Positions 18,180 to 26,965 of a stretch of 64,000 nt of DNA are shown here, piece by piece (the first letter of the stretch is position 1; the number at the start of each line of letters is the position of its first letter). The position numbers were made by a program, and so were the translations under genes. Source of the DNA: a virus. The DNA lies in IMG/VR virus record IMGVR_UViG_3300044648_000206, positions 1 through 64,000 of that record. One strand, given 5' to 3'. The notes beneath the pieces were generated by a model. It saw nothing but the letters and a program-made list of their open reading frames with translations, did not search any database and was not told the origin of the DNA.

Positions 18180-18204
18180 CTCTCGACAACTTTTCGCTTA
18201 CAAT
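18176..18204 (+). promoter_or_regulatory. strong sigma70-type promoter (class A)
   Basis: TTGACT-N17-TACAAT with spacer shared with 11657. Confidence 0.85.
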
Positions 18205-18413
18205 GGAGGCACGCGGGTAGATCTATGCCCGTTGGTAGCCCGGTTGCAGGGCGTGGAACATGCTTCCACGAGGTGACTGGCCGGACTGCCTCCCCACTCT
18301 CCCGGTGTCGTCCGTCATCCCCCGTCAGGCGGCACCGGGGCTCTACGGCCCCTCAGCGCGGTCACCCCCGTTACTGCGCTGAGGGGCTCTTTCATGCCCG
18401 GAGGGAGGGCACC

Positions 18414-18611
18414 ATGAAGCAAGGACTGCACCACGTCACTGGCTACCTGGCCTTGTTCGTGGTGCTTCTGCTGTTCCTGGGGCCGATCTGGGCTTTCCTG
18501 ATCGGCTTCTTCGGCGTGCTGCTCGGTCCGATCTGGATCGGGCTCTTGCTCTGGTTCACCGGTCGGGCCATGCTGGTCGACCTATGGGGAGCCATCACAC
18601 GCCGCCTCTAG
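18414..18611 (+). CDS. small membrane protein
   Basis: Very hydrophobic; LGPIW occurs twice. Confidence 0.65.
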   Translation: MKQGLHHVTGYLALFVVLLLFLGPIWAFLIGFFGVLLGPIWIGLLLWFTGRAMLVDLWGAITRRL

Positions 18612-18768
18612 CTACGGGGGCTCACCGCGTCGGTTTCACCCCTGACGCCGGCACGGTGAGTTCCCGTTGGGCCCGTCCCAGCCGTCTCCCGGTCCGCCGG
18701 GTGAGATCCAGCGGCTGGGGCGGGCCTCCTGCTGTCATCAGTCAGGGGACCCACAGAAAGGACTGACA

Positions 18769-18978
18769 ATGGTCGGCTCGCTGACTGTGCTCAGGTCGGG
18801 TGAGGACACCCGCACCTGGGACACCGCTCAGCCGGACTCCGTCGAGGAGGTGCGCGCCAAGTTCGACGAGATCGTCGGCGCTGGTGGCACCGCTCTCGCC
18901 GGTGACGGCACCCGTCTCGACAAGTTCGACGAGACGCAGCCCGAGATCACCGTCCTCCCGCAGTACCAGGGCGGCTGA
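18769..18978 (+). CDS. small GG-terminated ubiquitin/MoaD/ThiS-like protein
   Basis: 69 aa ending EITVLPQYQGG-stop; AGAAAGGA RBS. Confidence 0.65.
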   Translation: MVGSLTVLRSGEDTRTWDTAQPDSVEEVRAKFDEIVGAGGTALAGDGTRLDKFDETQPEITVLPQYQGG

Positions 18979-19061
18979 TCGTTCCGTGTGACCAGTGCCG
19001 CCCCGGGGCCATCTGCCCCAGTCCAGGCCTCGGGGCGGCACGTCACGGAGAGGGGGTTGCA

Positions 19062-19499
19062 ATGTTCCGATCATCTGCGCGGGACAGCTGGACCGCGCTG
19101 GACGACGTGGTCATCCCGCAGCTACGGAAGCTGCTTGGTGACCGGTTCCCGCTCGAGGAAGAGATCATTCAGATCTCGTGGGACAACGACCGGATGGAGC
19201 GCACGCTCTACTCGGTGCCGGTGACGAGCCTGCAGTCCGGCACCGTCTGGCGGGTGCTCTGCCACGGCGGGATCAGCAACAACCTGCGGGTCGAGGCCCG
19301 GGGGAGATTCCGCGTGGCCAAGAAGGGCTCGCTCTGGCAGCTGAACGTGGGCGACCGGATGTGCTCGCAGCCAAGGGTCTGGCACGACGAGACCCCTCGG
19401 ACCGGCTTCCGCATGGAGGACCACCTGGCGCGGTTCTACGCCGCCCAGGTCTTCGGACTGTGGGCAGCCGAGGACAAGCTGCTGGCGGTGGGAGAGTGA
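19062..19499 (+). CDS. Cys-containing protein, paralogue 1 next to Ubl-like gene
   Basis: SLQSGTVW...N...GDRMC...YAAQVFGLWAAE. Confidence 0.65.
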   Translation: MFRSSARDSWTALDDVVIPQLRKLLGDRFPLEEEIIQISWDNDRMERTLYSVPVTSLQSGTVWRVLCHGGISNNLRVEARGRFRVAKKGSLWQLNVGDRMCSQPRVWHDETPRTGFRMEDHLARFYAAQVFGLWAAEDKLLAVGE

Positions 19500-19852
19500 A
19501 GCGCCTACTGGACTACCTCAGCCCAGAGGAGGCCGCGGGTGTCCTGCCGCCCAGACGCCACGCGACGTGGCCGTACGAGGGCCACATCCGGCTCGCGAGC
19601 GTGAGCACCGGCAACGTCTGGGACCTCAAGCTCGGCCCGTACTACGACGGCAACATCCAGGCCGTCGACATCAAGCAGCGAGTGCGGGCCCGGGACGGCT
19701 GGGTCGACGACGGGCACTGGGTCTGCGTCGGGGTGGTGACTGACCCGCAGTACCTGTTCAGTCGGCCGTCTGACTTCGAGCTGTCTTACATCGCCCAGTA
19801 CCTGGCCCTCAAGTTCGACGAGAAGAACTTCATCGGCAGGGGGTACCTGTGA
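19496..19852 (+). CDS. Cys-containing protein, paralogue 2
   Basis: SVSTGNVW...N...GHWVC...YIAQYLALKFDE; GTGA overlap. Confidence 0.65.
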   Translation: MKRLLDYLSPEEAAGVLPPRRHATWPYEGHIRLASVSTGNVWDLKLGPYYDGNIQAVDIKQRVRARDGWVDDGHWVCVGVVTDPQYLFSRPSDFELSYIAQYLALKFDEKNFIGRGYL

Positions 19853-20169
19853 CCGAGCACATCGACAGTGGGCCGAGCGAGGAGTTTCCCGACCGGCCCG
19901 ACCACCCGCACTTCCGGCTCCTGGCCAACCTGGCACAGGACTTGGACGGCGACACCGGGGCCCGAGCCCCTGGTCCGGAGGCCTTCTTCGAGGCCGAGAA
20001 GCTGGACGAGGCCTCGGTGTCCTACATGGCGGCCCAGCGCACCAACCGGGCCATCATGGCGGCCATCCAGCTGGGGATCTCGAGCCCCGAGGTCATCATC
20101 CAGGCGGCGGTGATCGACGGCTTCGCCCTGGGCTACCTGATGGCCCTGAACCGCCCGGACCTCCCGTGA
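19849..20169 (+). CDS. hypothetical protein
   Basis: Coupled ORF. Confidence 0.6.
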   Translation: MTEHIDSGPSEEFPDRPDHPHFRLLANLAQDLDGDTGARAPGPEAFFEAEKLDEASVSYMAAQRTNRAIMAAIQLGISSPEVIIQAAVIDGFALGYLMALNRPDLP

Positions 20170-20372
20170 CGTGGGGAGAGTCCTTGGAGGACGCCCGGAA
20201 GCGGCGCACACTCCAGGTACGACGCCTGACCCGCGAGCTACACATGGCCGAAGCCAGGCTCGCGCACGTCGAGTACATGATCCAGCAGCGCGACCGCCAG
20301 GCCCAGGAGGGCAAGCACCGGCGGCCGCAGCCTCAGCTGGTCACAGACACGGCTCCCCCAGGAAGGAGTTAG
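20166..20372 (+). CDS. small coiled-coil protein
   Basis: Coupled ORF. Confidence 0.5.
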   Translation: MTWGESLEDARKRRTLQVRRLTRELHMAEARLAHVEYMIQQRDRQAQEGKHRRPQPQLVTDTAPPGRS

Positions 20373-20459
20373 GGAGGAGTCGAGCCCAGCCAATCTGGGC
20401 AGCCGCCGCAGTAGAGGCGGCCACTTCGATGAGAACGCAACCAACAGGAGAGTGACATC

Positions 20460-21179
20460 ATGAGCGCAACCACTGCGCCCCCAGAGGACAAGGTCGCCGG
20501 CGCTGCAGCTGACGCCACCGAGTCCTTCATCAAGGTGATCGGCCGGAAGATCCGCGCCGGCGCCACCCGCACCAAGCTGTTCGCCATCCGCGTCTGGACC
20601 GGCGGTCGGCGCAACACTGCCCGGGGAGCCAAGGCTTCCTGGCACGGCATCAAGGTCGCAGCGAGGTGGGTCGCCTTCGGCGTCACCTGGGTGCTGATGG
20701 CCATCGGGCTGGCGGTCTACACGATCTTCCGCTGGCTCGGCATCGTGGTGATCAAGCTGCTGGACCTGCTCCTGCTGGTCATCGTCGCGGTGCTCACCGG
20801 CGTCGCGTTCGTGCTCGAGTACGCGGTCTACTTCGTGGTCCGGGTTGCCCTGTTCGTCGGGCTGCTGCTCGGATCGCTCTACTTCCTGCTCCGGGACGGC
20901 AAGACTGCGGTCAAGACCGACTGGGAGCTGTTCTGGGTCGGCCTCAAGCCGCGGAACTGGAAGTACATGACTCTGGGGACCATCGCCGAGATGGTGGTCA
21001 CCAGCAAGGCGGCTCCGCCACGGCGCACGGCGGAGTCCAACGGTCGGGGCTCTCGTCCTGCGGCGGCCACGCGCACGGCGCGGAACCAGGCGGGCAAGGG
21101 GAGGCCCACGCCGAGGCGGTCCACCCGGCGGAGCTCGAAGCTGCCTGGTGCCCGCGTCCGAGGCGCAGCAACTGCGTAG
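20460..21179 (+). CDS. multi-pass membrane protein with basic tail
   Basis: About 80-aa hydrophobic core; AGGAG RBS. Confidence 0.7.
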   Translation: MSATTAPPEDKVAGAAADATESFIKVIGRKIRAGATRTKLFAIRVWTGGRRNTARGAKASWHGIKVAARWVAFGVTWVLMAIGLAVYTIFRWLGIVVIKLLDLLLLVIVAVLTGVAFVLEYAVYFVVRVALFVGLLLGSLYFLLRDGKTAVKTDWELFWVGLKPRNWKYMTLGTIAEMVVTSKAAPPRRTAESNGRGSRPAAATRTARNQAGKGRPTPRRSTRRSSKLPGARVRGAATA

Positions 21180-21283
21180 GCCCGACCGTTGATGACGGCC
21201 CAGCCCCCGGTAACCCGTCAGTCCGCCGGGGGCTGGGTCTCATCGCGATTGGTGCGCCCACCATGACAGGAAGGAAGGACTCC

Positions 21284-21565
21284 TTGCCTGACAGTGCAGC
21301 GACCACTTCATCGAGACAGTTCGTTCGACTGTGGTCCAACAGCGTCCTGCTCCAGGCTCACGCCTCGCGGGACTCCAAGTTTCTGATAGTCCCGGTGCTC
21401 CGCAACAAGTCGATTGCGGGGTGGCGGGTCTACGAAACCTCGACCGGCCAACTCCTGGTTCCTGAGACTTCCGTGACCGGCGTACCCGAGGGGTACGCCG
21501 ATGGAGTCTGGGAACAGCTCTACCAGGCCAGGGATTGGATCACCACTCTCTACGGGAGGACGTGA
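21284..21565 (+). CDS. hypothetical protein
   Basis: GGAAGGA RBS, TTG start (alternative ATG 21263). Confidence 0.5.
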   Translation: MPDSAATTSSRQFVRLWSNSVLLQAHASRDSKFLIVPVLRNKSIAGWRVYETSTGQLLVPETSVTGVPEGYADGVWEQLYQARDWITTLYGRT

Positions 21566-21903
21566 TGGCGCGCGTAGCGTTCGACGTCTCCCTGACCGAT
21601 CCCTCGGTGGAGTTTGAGGGGTGCACGGTCCGCAAGATCGAGTACGAGCACACCGCGACGACCAAGCGGGTGTGCATCGAGCTCGACACCCGAGAGGTGC
21701 CTGAGGGGCCGGACATCATCCTCCCCGAGGGCACCTGGACGGTGGTCGATCGGCAGGACGACGCACGAGCCGGTGCCGTCCTGCCGATCGTCGGCGAGTT
21801 CGCCACCAAGAGCGAGGCCGAGGCCGCGATCGTCGGCCTGGAGTACCTGGTGCCGACCGCGGTCAAGGAGGGCCGCTTCGGCATCGACAGCCCGGAGGAG
21901 TAG
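21565..21903 (+). CDS. hypothetical protein
   Basis: GGAGG RBS. Confidence 0.6.
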   Translation: MARVAFDVSLTDPSVEFEGCTVRKIEYEHTATTKRVCIELDTREVPEGPDIILPEGTWTVVDRQDDARAGAVLPIVGEFATKSEAEAAIVGLEYLVPTAVKEGRFGIDSPEE

Positions 21904-21908
21904 ACATT

Positions 21909-21960
21909 GGCCCGGGTGGATCTCTTCGCGGAGGTTCACCCGGGCCGCTCTGCTTTCTGC
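21909..21960 (+). terminator. intrinsic terminator
   Basis: GGCCCGGGTGGATCTC/GAGGTTCACCCGGGCC followed by T-rich tract. Confidence 0.6.
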
Positions 21961-21998
21961 TTAGATTCTGCTGTCACCTCTGGAAAGGACCATGGACC

Positions 21999-22406
21999 GT
22001 GCCGATTGACGTACAAGCCGTCTTCGCTGATGCCTCCGACATGATCGACGGAGGCAGCCTCGGTGAAGACGTGGACTTCGACCATCGAGACCTGCTGCGC
22101 GAGGTCGCCGAGCTGATCTCGGAGGCGCTGGGCAACCTGCACGGCATCGGCGACGACCCGATGCAGAACGACGAGCTGCTCCGCACGGCCGTGACCGGGG
22201 TGGCGCTCAAGAGCTTCCTGGCCGGGAACCTGGCCGGGCTCGCCAGCTCCGGTGCCCCCGGCGGTGGCGAGAGCGGTGTGGTGGTCCGCTGCAGCCCCGG
22301 CGAGCTCGAGCAGATCGGGCTCGCTGCGATCCGGGACGGCGTGCTCACCTTCCACCTGGTCTCTGACATCGAGCCGCCCTCCGAGGACGACTCGGCAACT
22401 GACTGA
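21999..22406 (+). CDS. hypothetical protein
   Basis: ORF with GAAAGGA RBS. Confidence 0.55.
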   Translation: MPIDVQAVFADASDMIDGGSLGEDVDFDHRDLLREVAELISEALGNLHGIGDDPMQNDELLRTAVTGVALKSFLAGNLAGLASSGAPGGGESGVVVRCSPGELEQIGLAAIRDGVLTFHLVSDIEPPSEDDSATD

Positions 22407-22494
22407 CCCCTGCCCCTCCAGACGGGGGTGGCGGTCGGGCGGGTGCGAGGACCCCGACCGTCACTCCCAACCACCCCTGAACGGAGGAAGATCC

Positions 22495-22782
22495 TTGCGT
22501 GCGCTGATCCAACGGTTCGCTGCGGTCGTCATCGCCAAGCTGCGCCGCTTCGTCCAGTACTACACGGACGCCCATCGAGAGAGGGCTATGGAGCCGTGGG
22601 AGGAGAGCATCGCTCGAGCGTCATTGCTCTGGCTACTCGAACAGGTGACCAGCAGGTTCCATCGGTTCCCCTGGCTCAACCCGATGACAAGGGCGCACGT
22701 CCAGGAGGAGTTCGAGAAGATAGTCGTGATCCTGCGCTCGGACTGGGTGGCCGACATCCACCAGGACGGGGCCAGCGCGTGA
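22495..22782 (+). CDS. hypothetical protein
   Basis: GGAGG RBS, TTG start. Confidence 0.5.
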   Translation: MRALIQRFAAVVIAKLRRFVQYYTDAHRERAMEPWEESIARASLLWLLEQVTSRFHRFPWLNPMTRAHVQEEFEKIVVILRSDWVADIHQDGASA

Positions 22783-23012
22783 GCAGTAAGGAACCCCGGC
22801 CGGTGAGGTTTCACGACCTGCCGGCCGACTACTACCCCTTCGTGATCGAGTTCGTCGACGAGACCGAGGGCAAGGTGGTCCACACCGTCGAGGTGCCCGA
22901 CGCCAGCGCAGTCGCGATCCCGCGCCTGAGCAAGGAGCTGGGCGTGCCGATCGGCGTCCGGGTCACCTACGCCAACGGCAAGGTCATCTACGAGGGGGCT
23001 GCGTCGCCGTGA
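22779..23012 (+). CDS. hypothetical protein
   Basis: GTGA overlap. Confidence 0.55.
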   Translation: MSSKEPRPVRFHDLPADYYPFVIEFVDETEGKVVHTVEVPDASAVAIPRLSKELGVPIGVRVTYANGKVIYEGAASP

Positions 23013-23494
23013 TCAAGATGTGCCAGACATGCTTCCGAGCTCTGTTCGAGCTTCGGGACGCTGCGACCGGCCAGATCATCGGCTACGCGCACCACTCGGC
23101 TGACGAGACCATCTTCGCGAGAGAGGGGATGGCTCACCAGCCGATCGCCGTCGATCCTGACCGGCGCTTTCTGTTCCGGCGTTGCGACCTCTGCAACGTC
23201 CCGCTCAACCCGCAGATCCCAGTGATCAAGCTGCCGTGCCAGAGCTACCTGCGCCCAGACGGCCTGCTCTCGGACGGCGACTACGAGCTGTGCCAGACCG
23301 ACGCCGAGCTGGTGGCGGTCGGTCGCTGGGGCTTGCTGGGGGAGCGGGTGCACGCCAGCTGGCGCATGTTCCGTGACCCGCTGGACCACCCACCCACGTT
23401 CGACGAGGTGCTGACCTGGATGGGTGCGCTGCGCAACGCCGTGCTGGGTCCGCCTTACGAGGAGGAGCCATGGACCGCTACATCCCCAAGATGA
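23009..23494 (+). CDS. Cys-rich hypothetical protein
   Basis: CQTC, CDLC, LCQTD. Confidence 0.6.
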   Translation: MIKMCQTCFRALFELRDAATGQIIGYAHHSADETIFAREGMAHQPIAVDPDRRFLFRRCDLCNVPLNPQIPVIKLPCQSYLRPDGLLSDGDYELCQTDAELVAVGRWGLLGERVHASWRMFRDPLDHPPTFDEVLTWMGALRNAVLGPPYEEEPWTATSPR

Positions 23495-23652
23495 TGACCG
23501 GAGGACTCAAGCGTTGGGGCCTCTGGGACACGCAGGAAGGAGCCTGGTGGGAAGGCGAGTTTCCCACTGCCCAGTACGCCGCGGGCGTGCCCTACTGGAA
23601 GACCTCCAGGGCCGTCGTCGAGGCAGCTGTGGCGATCAACCGAGAGGACTGA
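23470..23652 (+). CDS. hypothetical protein
   Basis: GAGGAG RBS. Confidence 0.5.
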   Translation: MDRYIPKMMTGGLKRWGLWDTQEGAWWEGEFPTAQYAAGVPYWKTSRAVVEAAVAINRED

Positions 23653-23656
23653 CACC

Positions 23657-24829
23657 ATGGAGAAGATCAACGACAAGCTGCTGAACTGGGCCTCGATCCT
23701 CGAGGACAACACCCGCCGGCAGGCCGAGGCCACCTCGCGCCTGCCGTTCGTGTTCCCGCACGTAGCCCTGATGCCCGACGCCCACCTTGGCAAGGGCGCC
23801 ACGGTCGGCTCGGTCATCCCCACCGAGCGGGCCATCATCCCGGCGGCGGTCGGGGTGGACATCGGCTGCGGCATGATCGCGGTCCGCAGCCAGTGGACCT
23901 GGACCGAGTGGCAGATCGTGACAGGGCCGAACCAGGCGCCGCTGCGGGAGGCCATCGAGCGGGCCATCCCGCTCTCGGCCGGTCGCTACAACGAGCGCCT
24001 GATCAACTCGGCCGATGCCAAGGCCCGCGAGCTGGACCGCACCGAGGGCATCGAGACGGCCGAGAAGATCGCCCCGTCCTGGCCCCGCCAGCTGGGCACC
24101 CTGGGCTCGGGCAACCACTTCATCGAGATCACCGTCGATGAGGCGGACCGGGTGTGGCTGTTCCTGCACTCCGGCTCCCGGGGCGTGGGCAACAAGATGG
24201 CCCAGAAGCACATCAAGACCGCCCAGGAGCTGTGCAAGCGGTGGCACATCCGGCTCGAGGACCCCGACCTGGCCTACCTGGTCGAGGGCACCGACGAGTT
24301 CTGGGCCTACATCCGCGACCTGCGGTGGGCCCAGAAGTTCGCCCTGCTCAACCGCGAGGAGATGATGGACCGCCTCGTGAAGTGCGTGGAGGAGTTCACC
24401 CAGGTCCCGGTCATCCGGGAGCAGACGATCAACTGCCACCACAACTACACCGAGCAGGAGAAGCACTTCGGTCGGCCGGTGTGGCTCTCGCGCAAGGGAG
24501 CCATCGACGCCTCCGAGGGCACCTGGGGGCTGATCCCGGGCTCCATGGGCGCGGCCTCCTACGTGGTGCAGGGCAAGGGCAACCGGGTGGCCCTGAACAG
24601 CTCCCCGCACGGAGCTGGCCGGGTGTTCTCCCGGGGCGTGGCCAAGCGGACCTTCACCCTGGAGGACCTGGCCGACCGGATGAAGGGCATCGAGTGGCGC
24701 GAGTCCAAGGCCTTCCTGGACGAGCACCCGGACGCCTACAAGAACATCGACGTCGTGATGGCTGACGCCGCCGATCTGGTCGAGGTGAAGCACGAGCTGC
24801 ACCAGGTGCTCAACGTGAAGGGGGACTGA
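23657..24829 (+). CDS. rtcB: RtcB RNA ligase
   Basis: MPDAHLGKG, VGVDIGCG, LGTLGSGNHF, HSGSRG, HHNY, PGSMG, HGAGR, DEHPDAYK. Confidence 0.97.
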   Translation: MEKINDKLLNWASILEDNTRRQAEATSRLPFVFPHVALMPDAHLGKGATVGSVIPTERAIIPAAVGVDIGCGMIAVRSQWTWTEWQIVTGPNQAPLREAIERAIPLSAGRYNERLINSADAKARELDRTEGIETAEKIAPSWPRQLGTLGSGNHFIEITVDEADRVWLFLHSGSRGVGNKMAQKHIKTAQELCKRWHIRLEDPDLAYLVEGTDEFWAYIRDLRWAQKFALLNREEMMDRLVKCVEEFTQVPVIREQTINCHHNYTEQEKHFGRPVWLSRKGAIDASEGTWGLIPGSMGAASYVVQGKGNRVALNSSPHGAGRVFSRGVAKRTFTLEDLADRMKGIEWRESKAFLDEHPDAYKNIDVVMADAADLVEVKHELHQVLNVKGD

Positions 24830-25089
24830 TGAAGGGCCCCGAGGGCTACGGCCGGTACAACGACGACCCGGACTTCGTGGGGTGCCCGCGTGCGAAGTCC
24901 GACATGACGCCCTGTGTGGCCCGTGACGGCTCGATGGCCGTCGTGGACACCGGGGAGTGCGTCGGCTGCGGTCGACGCCCTGGCGGCCTGCTGGACGAGC
25001 TCCTGCAGGCAACTGGGGAGCAGCACCCCGGCGGGCAGGACGCGGACGCCCTCCGTGACCTGGTGCTGGTCGTTACGGAGCCGTCATGA
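24829..25089 (+). CDS. small Cys-containing protein
   Basis: CPRA...PCVARDG...CVGC. Confidence 0.55.
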   Translation: MKGPEGYGRYNDDPDFVGCPRAKSDMTPCVARDGSMAVVDTGECVGCGRRPGGLLDELLQATGEQHPGGQDADALRDLVLVVTEPS

Positions 25090-25216
25090 CCGTCTGCTAC
25101 CACTCACCGGACCGTCAGCACAGGTGGGAGCCGTTGAGGCGTGGCGACGATCCGCCCCGCAAGGTCTGCTCCGCTTGCGGTGAGGTCGCTGCCCAGCCCA
25201 CGAAGGGAGGGAGCTA

Positions 25217-25405
25217 ATGCCGGTCTCGATCATGGACGTCGAGTTCGTCAAGGTAGGGGAGACCAAGCACAACTACGTCTTCCGGCAGCCGAAGCACATC
25301 AAGACCAACCTGCACACGACCATCCTCTACATCAACAAGGCCCAGTTCCCAGACGGGCCTCCCGACCGGATCACCGCGGTGATCGAAGCTCGAACGAAGG
25401 GCTGA
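25217..25405 (+). CDS. hypothetical protein
   Basis: GGAGGGAG RBS; ETKHNYVF...LYINK. Confidence 0.6.
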   Translation: MPVSIMDVEFVKVGETKHNYVFRQPKHIKTNLHTTILYINKAQFPDGPPDRITAVIEARTKG

Positions 25406-25531
25406 TACCAGCAACAGAAACCTGGCTCCACCGGCCGCCTGACCCTCCGTGGGTTGGGCGGCCGTTGTCGTTTCGCGTCCGATCAGGGCGCCACTTAGAC
25501 CGAACCACACATCTCTCATGGAGGACCGAAC

Positions 25532-26965
25532 ATGAAGCTGGAGTTCGTCGAACGACGAGCCGAGTACAGCGTCTACCGGGACCGGCGCGGGAAGCTGGTC
25601 TACCTCAAGGACGCCCCCGAGCTCAACGTCACCAACCCGCCGCTCTACCAGATCGAGACGCGCACCCTGTTCCCGCCGCGCAGCAGCGACAACTCGAACC
25701 TCTACAACCACTGGATCAAGGCCCAGCGCAAGGGCATGACCCGCAAGACGTGGGTCGCGTTCCTGCAGGCGGTGCTCACCGACCCGGAGCCGGCCGAGGG
25801 GCTCACCTGGTGCAACCGCTGCGACGTCCCCACCGCGGAGGCGCTCGGCTCCAGGAGGTACGGCAGGGAGGACAGCGAGGTGGCCTGCGCCTCCTGCGCG
25901 ACCTTCCTGCGGGAGTGCGACATGTGCCACACCCGCGTGGCGAATCGCGAGACGATCGGAAACCAGCGGGTCTGCCTCGAGTGCCGGAACGAGAACTTTC
26001 GGGCCTGCCGAGCCTGCGGTATCTACATCTCGAACGACGAGTACGAGCTTCACCACAAGCACGGGGTGGGTTGTTGCGAGTCCCCTGCCCTGGACTTCCA
26101 ACTCCGGTGGCTCGACAACCCTCCGCTGGTGAGCGACACCAAGACGGTGATCACCATGGGTGCCGGCCAGGTCGACCCGGCCGGCTACGACCGGCTCGAG
26201 GCGTGGCTGAACCAGAACGGCTTCTTCCACGAGTCGGCGGTGCTTCGCAGGATCGAACCGACCTGGCAGAAGAAGGAGGGCAACTTCCCCAAGCGGCTGA
26301 GCAAGGAGGTCTGGAAGACCTACGGCCGCAAGGTGCCCGAGCCGGCGATGGCCATGATCGGCACCATCGGTGCCGAGCACTCGGCCAAGCACGCCGAGCT
26401 GACGGTGATGGTCAGCCGGCGGCTCAACGAGTCGGCGTCCTTCTGGTACCACGAGGGCTCCTGCTGGTGGAGCAGCGCCTACGCCAGCCGCTGCGCGCTC
26501 AAGACCAACGGCGGGTTCGGGATCGTGACCTACTCGAGCCCGCGGCACTCCAAGCCCAACGGCCGGTGCTGGGTGCTGCCGGTGAAGAGGGGTGAGCGCG
26601 GCTACCTCAAGCCGACCTTCGACACCATGGACCCGGACGGCTTCATCGTGTTCAACGGCTACGGCGCGCTGGTGGACTACTCCGGCGCCCGGGTCATGGC
26701 GGCGTTGGCTGGGATGAGCTACACCAAGATCCAGTTCGCGCCGAAGAACCCGCTCTACGTCAACTCCGGCGGCTACCTGGTCGGCAGTGAGGAGTTCGTC
26801 TCCCAGTTCACGGACGGGGTGGTCTACATGCACACCATGGAGGCGCACGCCAAGCTGTTCGAGCAGGAGCAGAAGGAGGCCGAGCAGGTGGCCCTCGGCG
26901 AGGAGCTCCCCAAGCTCCCTGCGAAGAAGCGTGCGGTCAAGAGGCAGTTCGATGTCGTCGCCTGA
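25532..26965 (+). CDS. multi-Zn-finger protein with uncharacterised C-terminal domain
   Basis: CNRC, CASC, CDMC, CLEC, CRAC; GSCWW...GRCWV...FNGYG. Confidence 0.75.
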   Translation: MKLEFVERRAEYSVYRDRRGKLVYLKDAPELNVTNPPLYQIETRTLFPPRSSDNSNLYNHWIKAQRKGMTRKTWVAFLQAVLTDPEPAEGLTWCNRCDVPTAEALGSRRYGREDSEVACASCATFLRECDMCHTRVANRETIGNQRVCLECRNENFRACRACGIYISNDEYELHHKHGVGCCESPALDFQLRWLDNPPLVSDTKTVITMGAGQVDPAGYDRLEAWLNQNGFFHESAVLRRIEPTWQKKEGNFPKRLSKEVWKTYGRKVPEPAMAMIGTIGAEHSAKHAELTVMVSRRLNESASFWYHEGSCWWSSAYASRCALKTNGGFGIVTYSSPRHSKPNGRCWVLPVKRGERGYLKPTFDTMDPDGFIVFNGYGALVDYSGARVMAALAGMSYTKIQFAPKNPLYVNSGGYLVGSEEFVSQFTDGVVYMHTMEAHAKLFEQEQKEAEQVALGEELPKLPAKKRAVKRQFDVVA

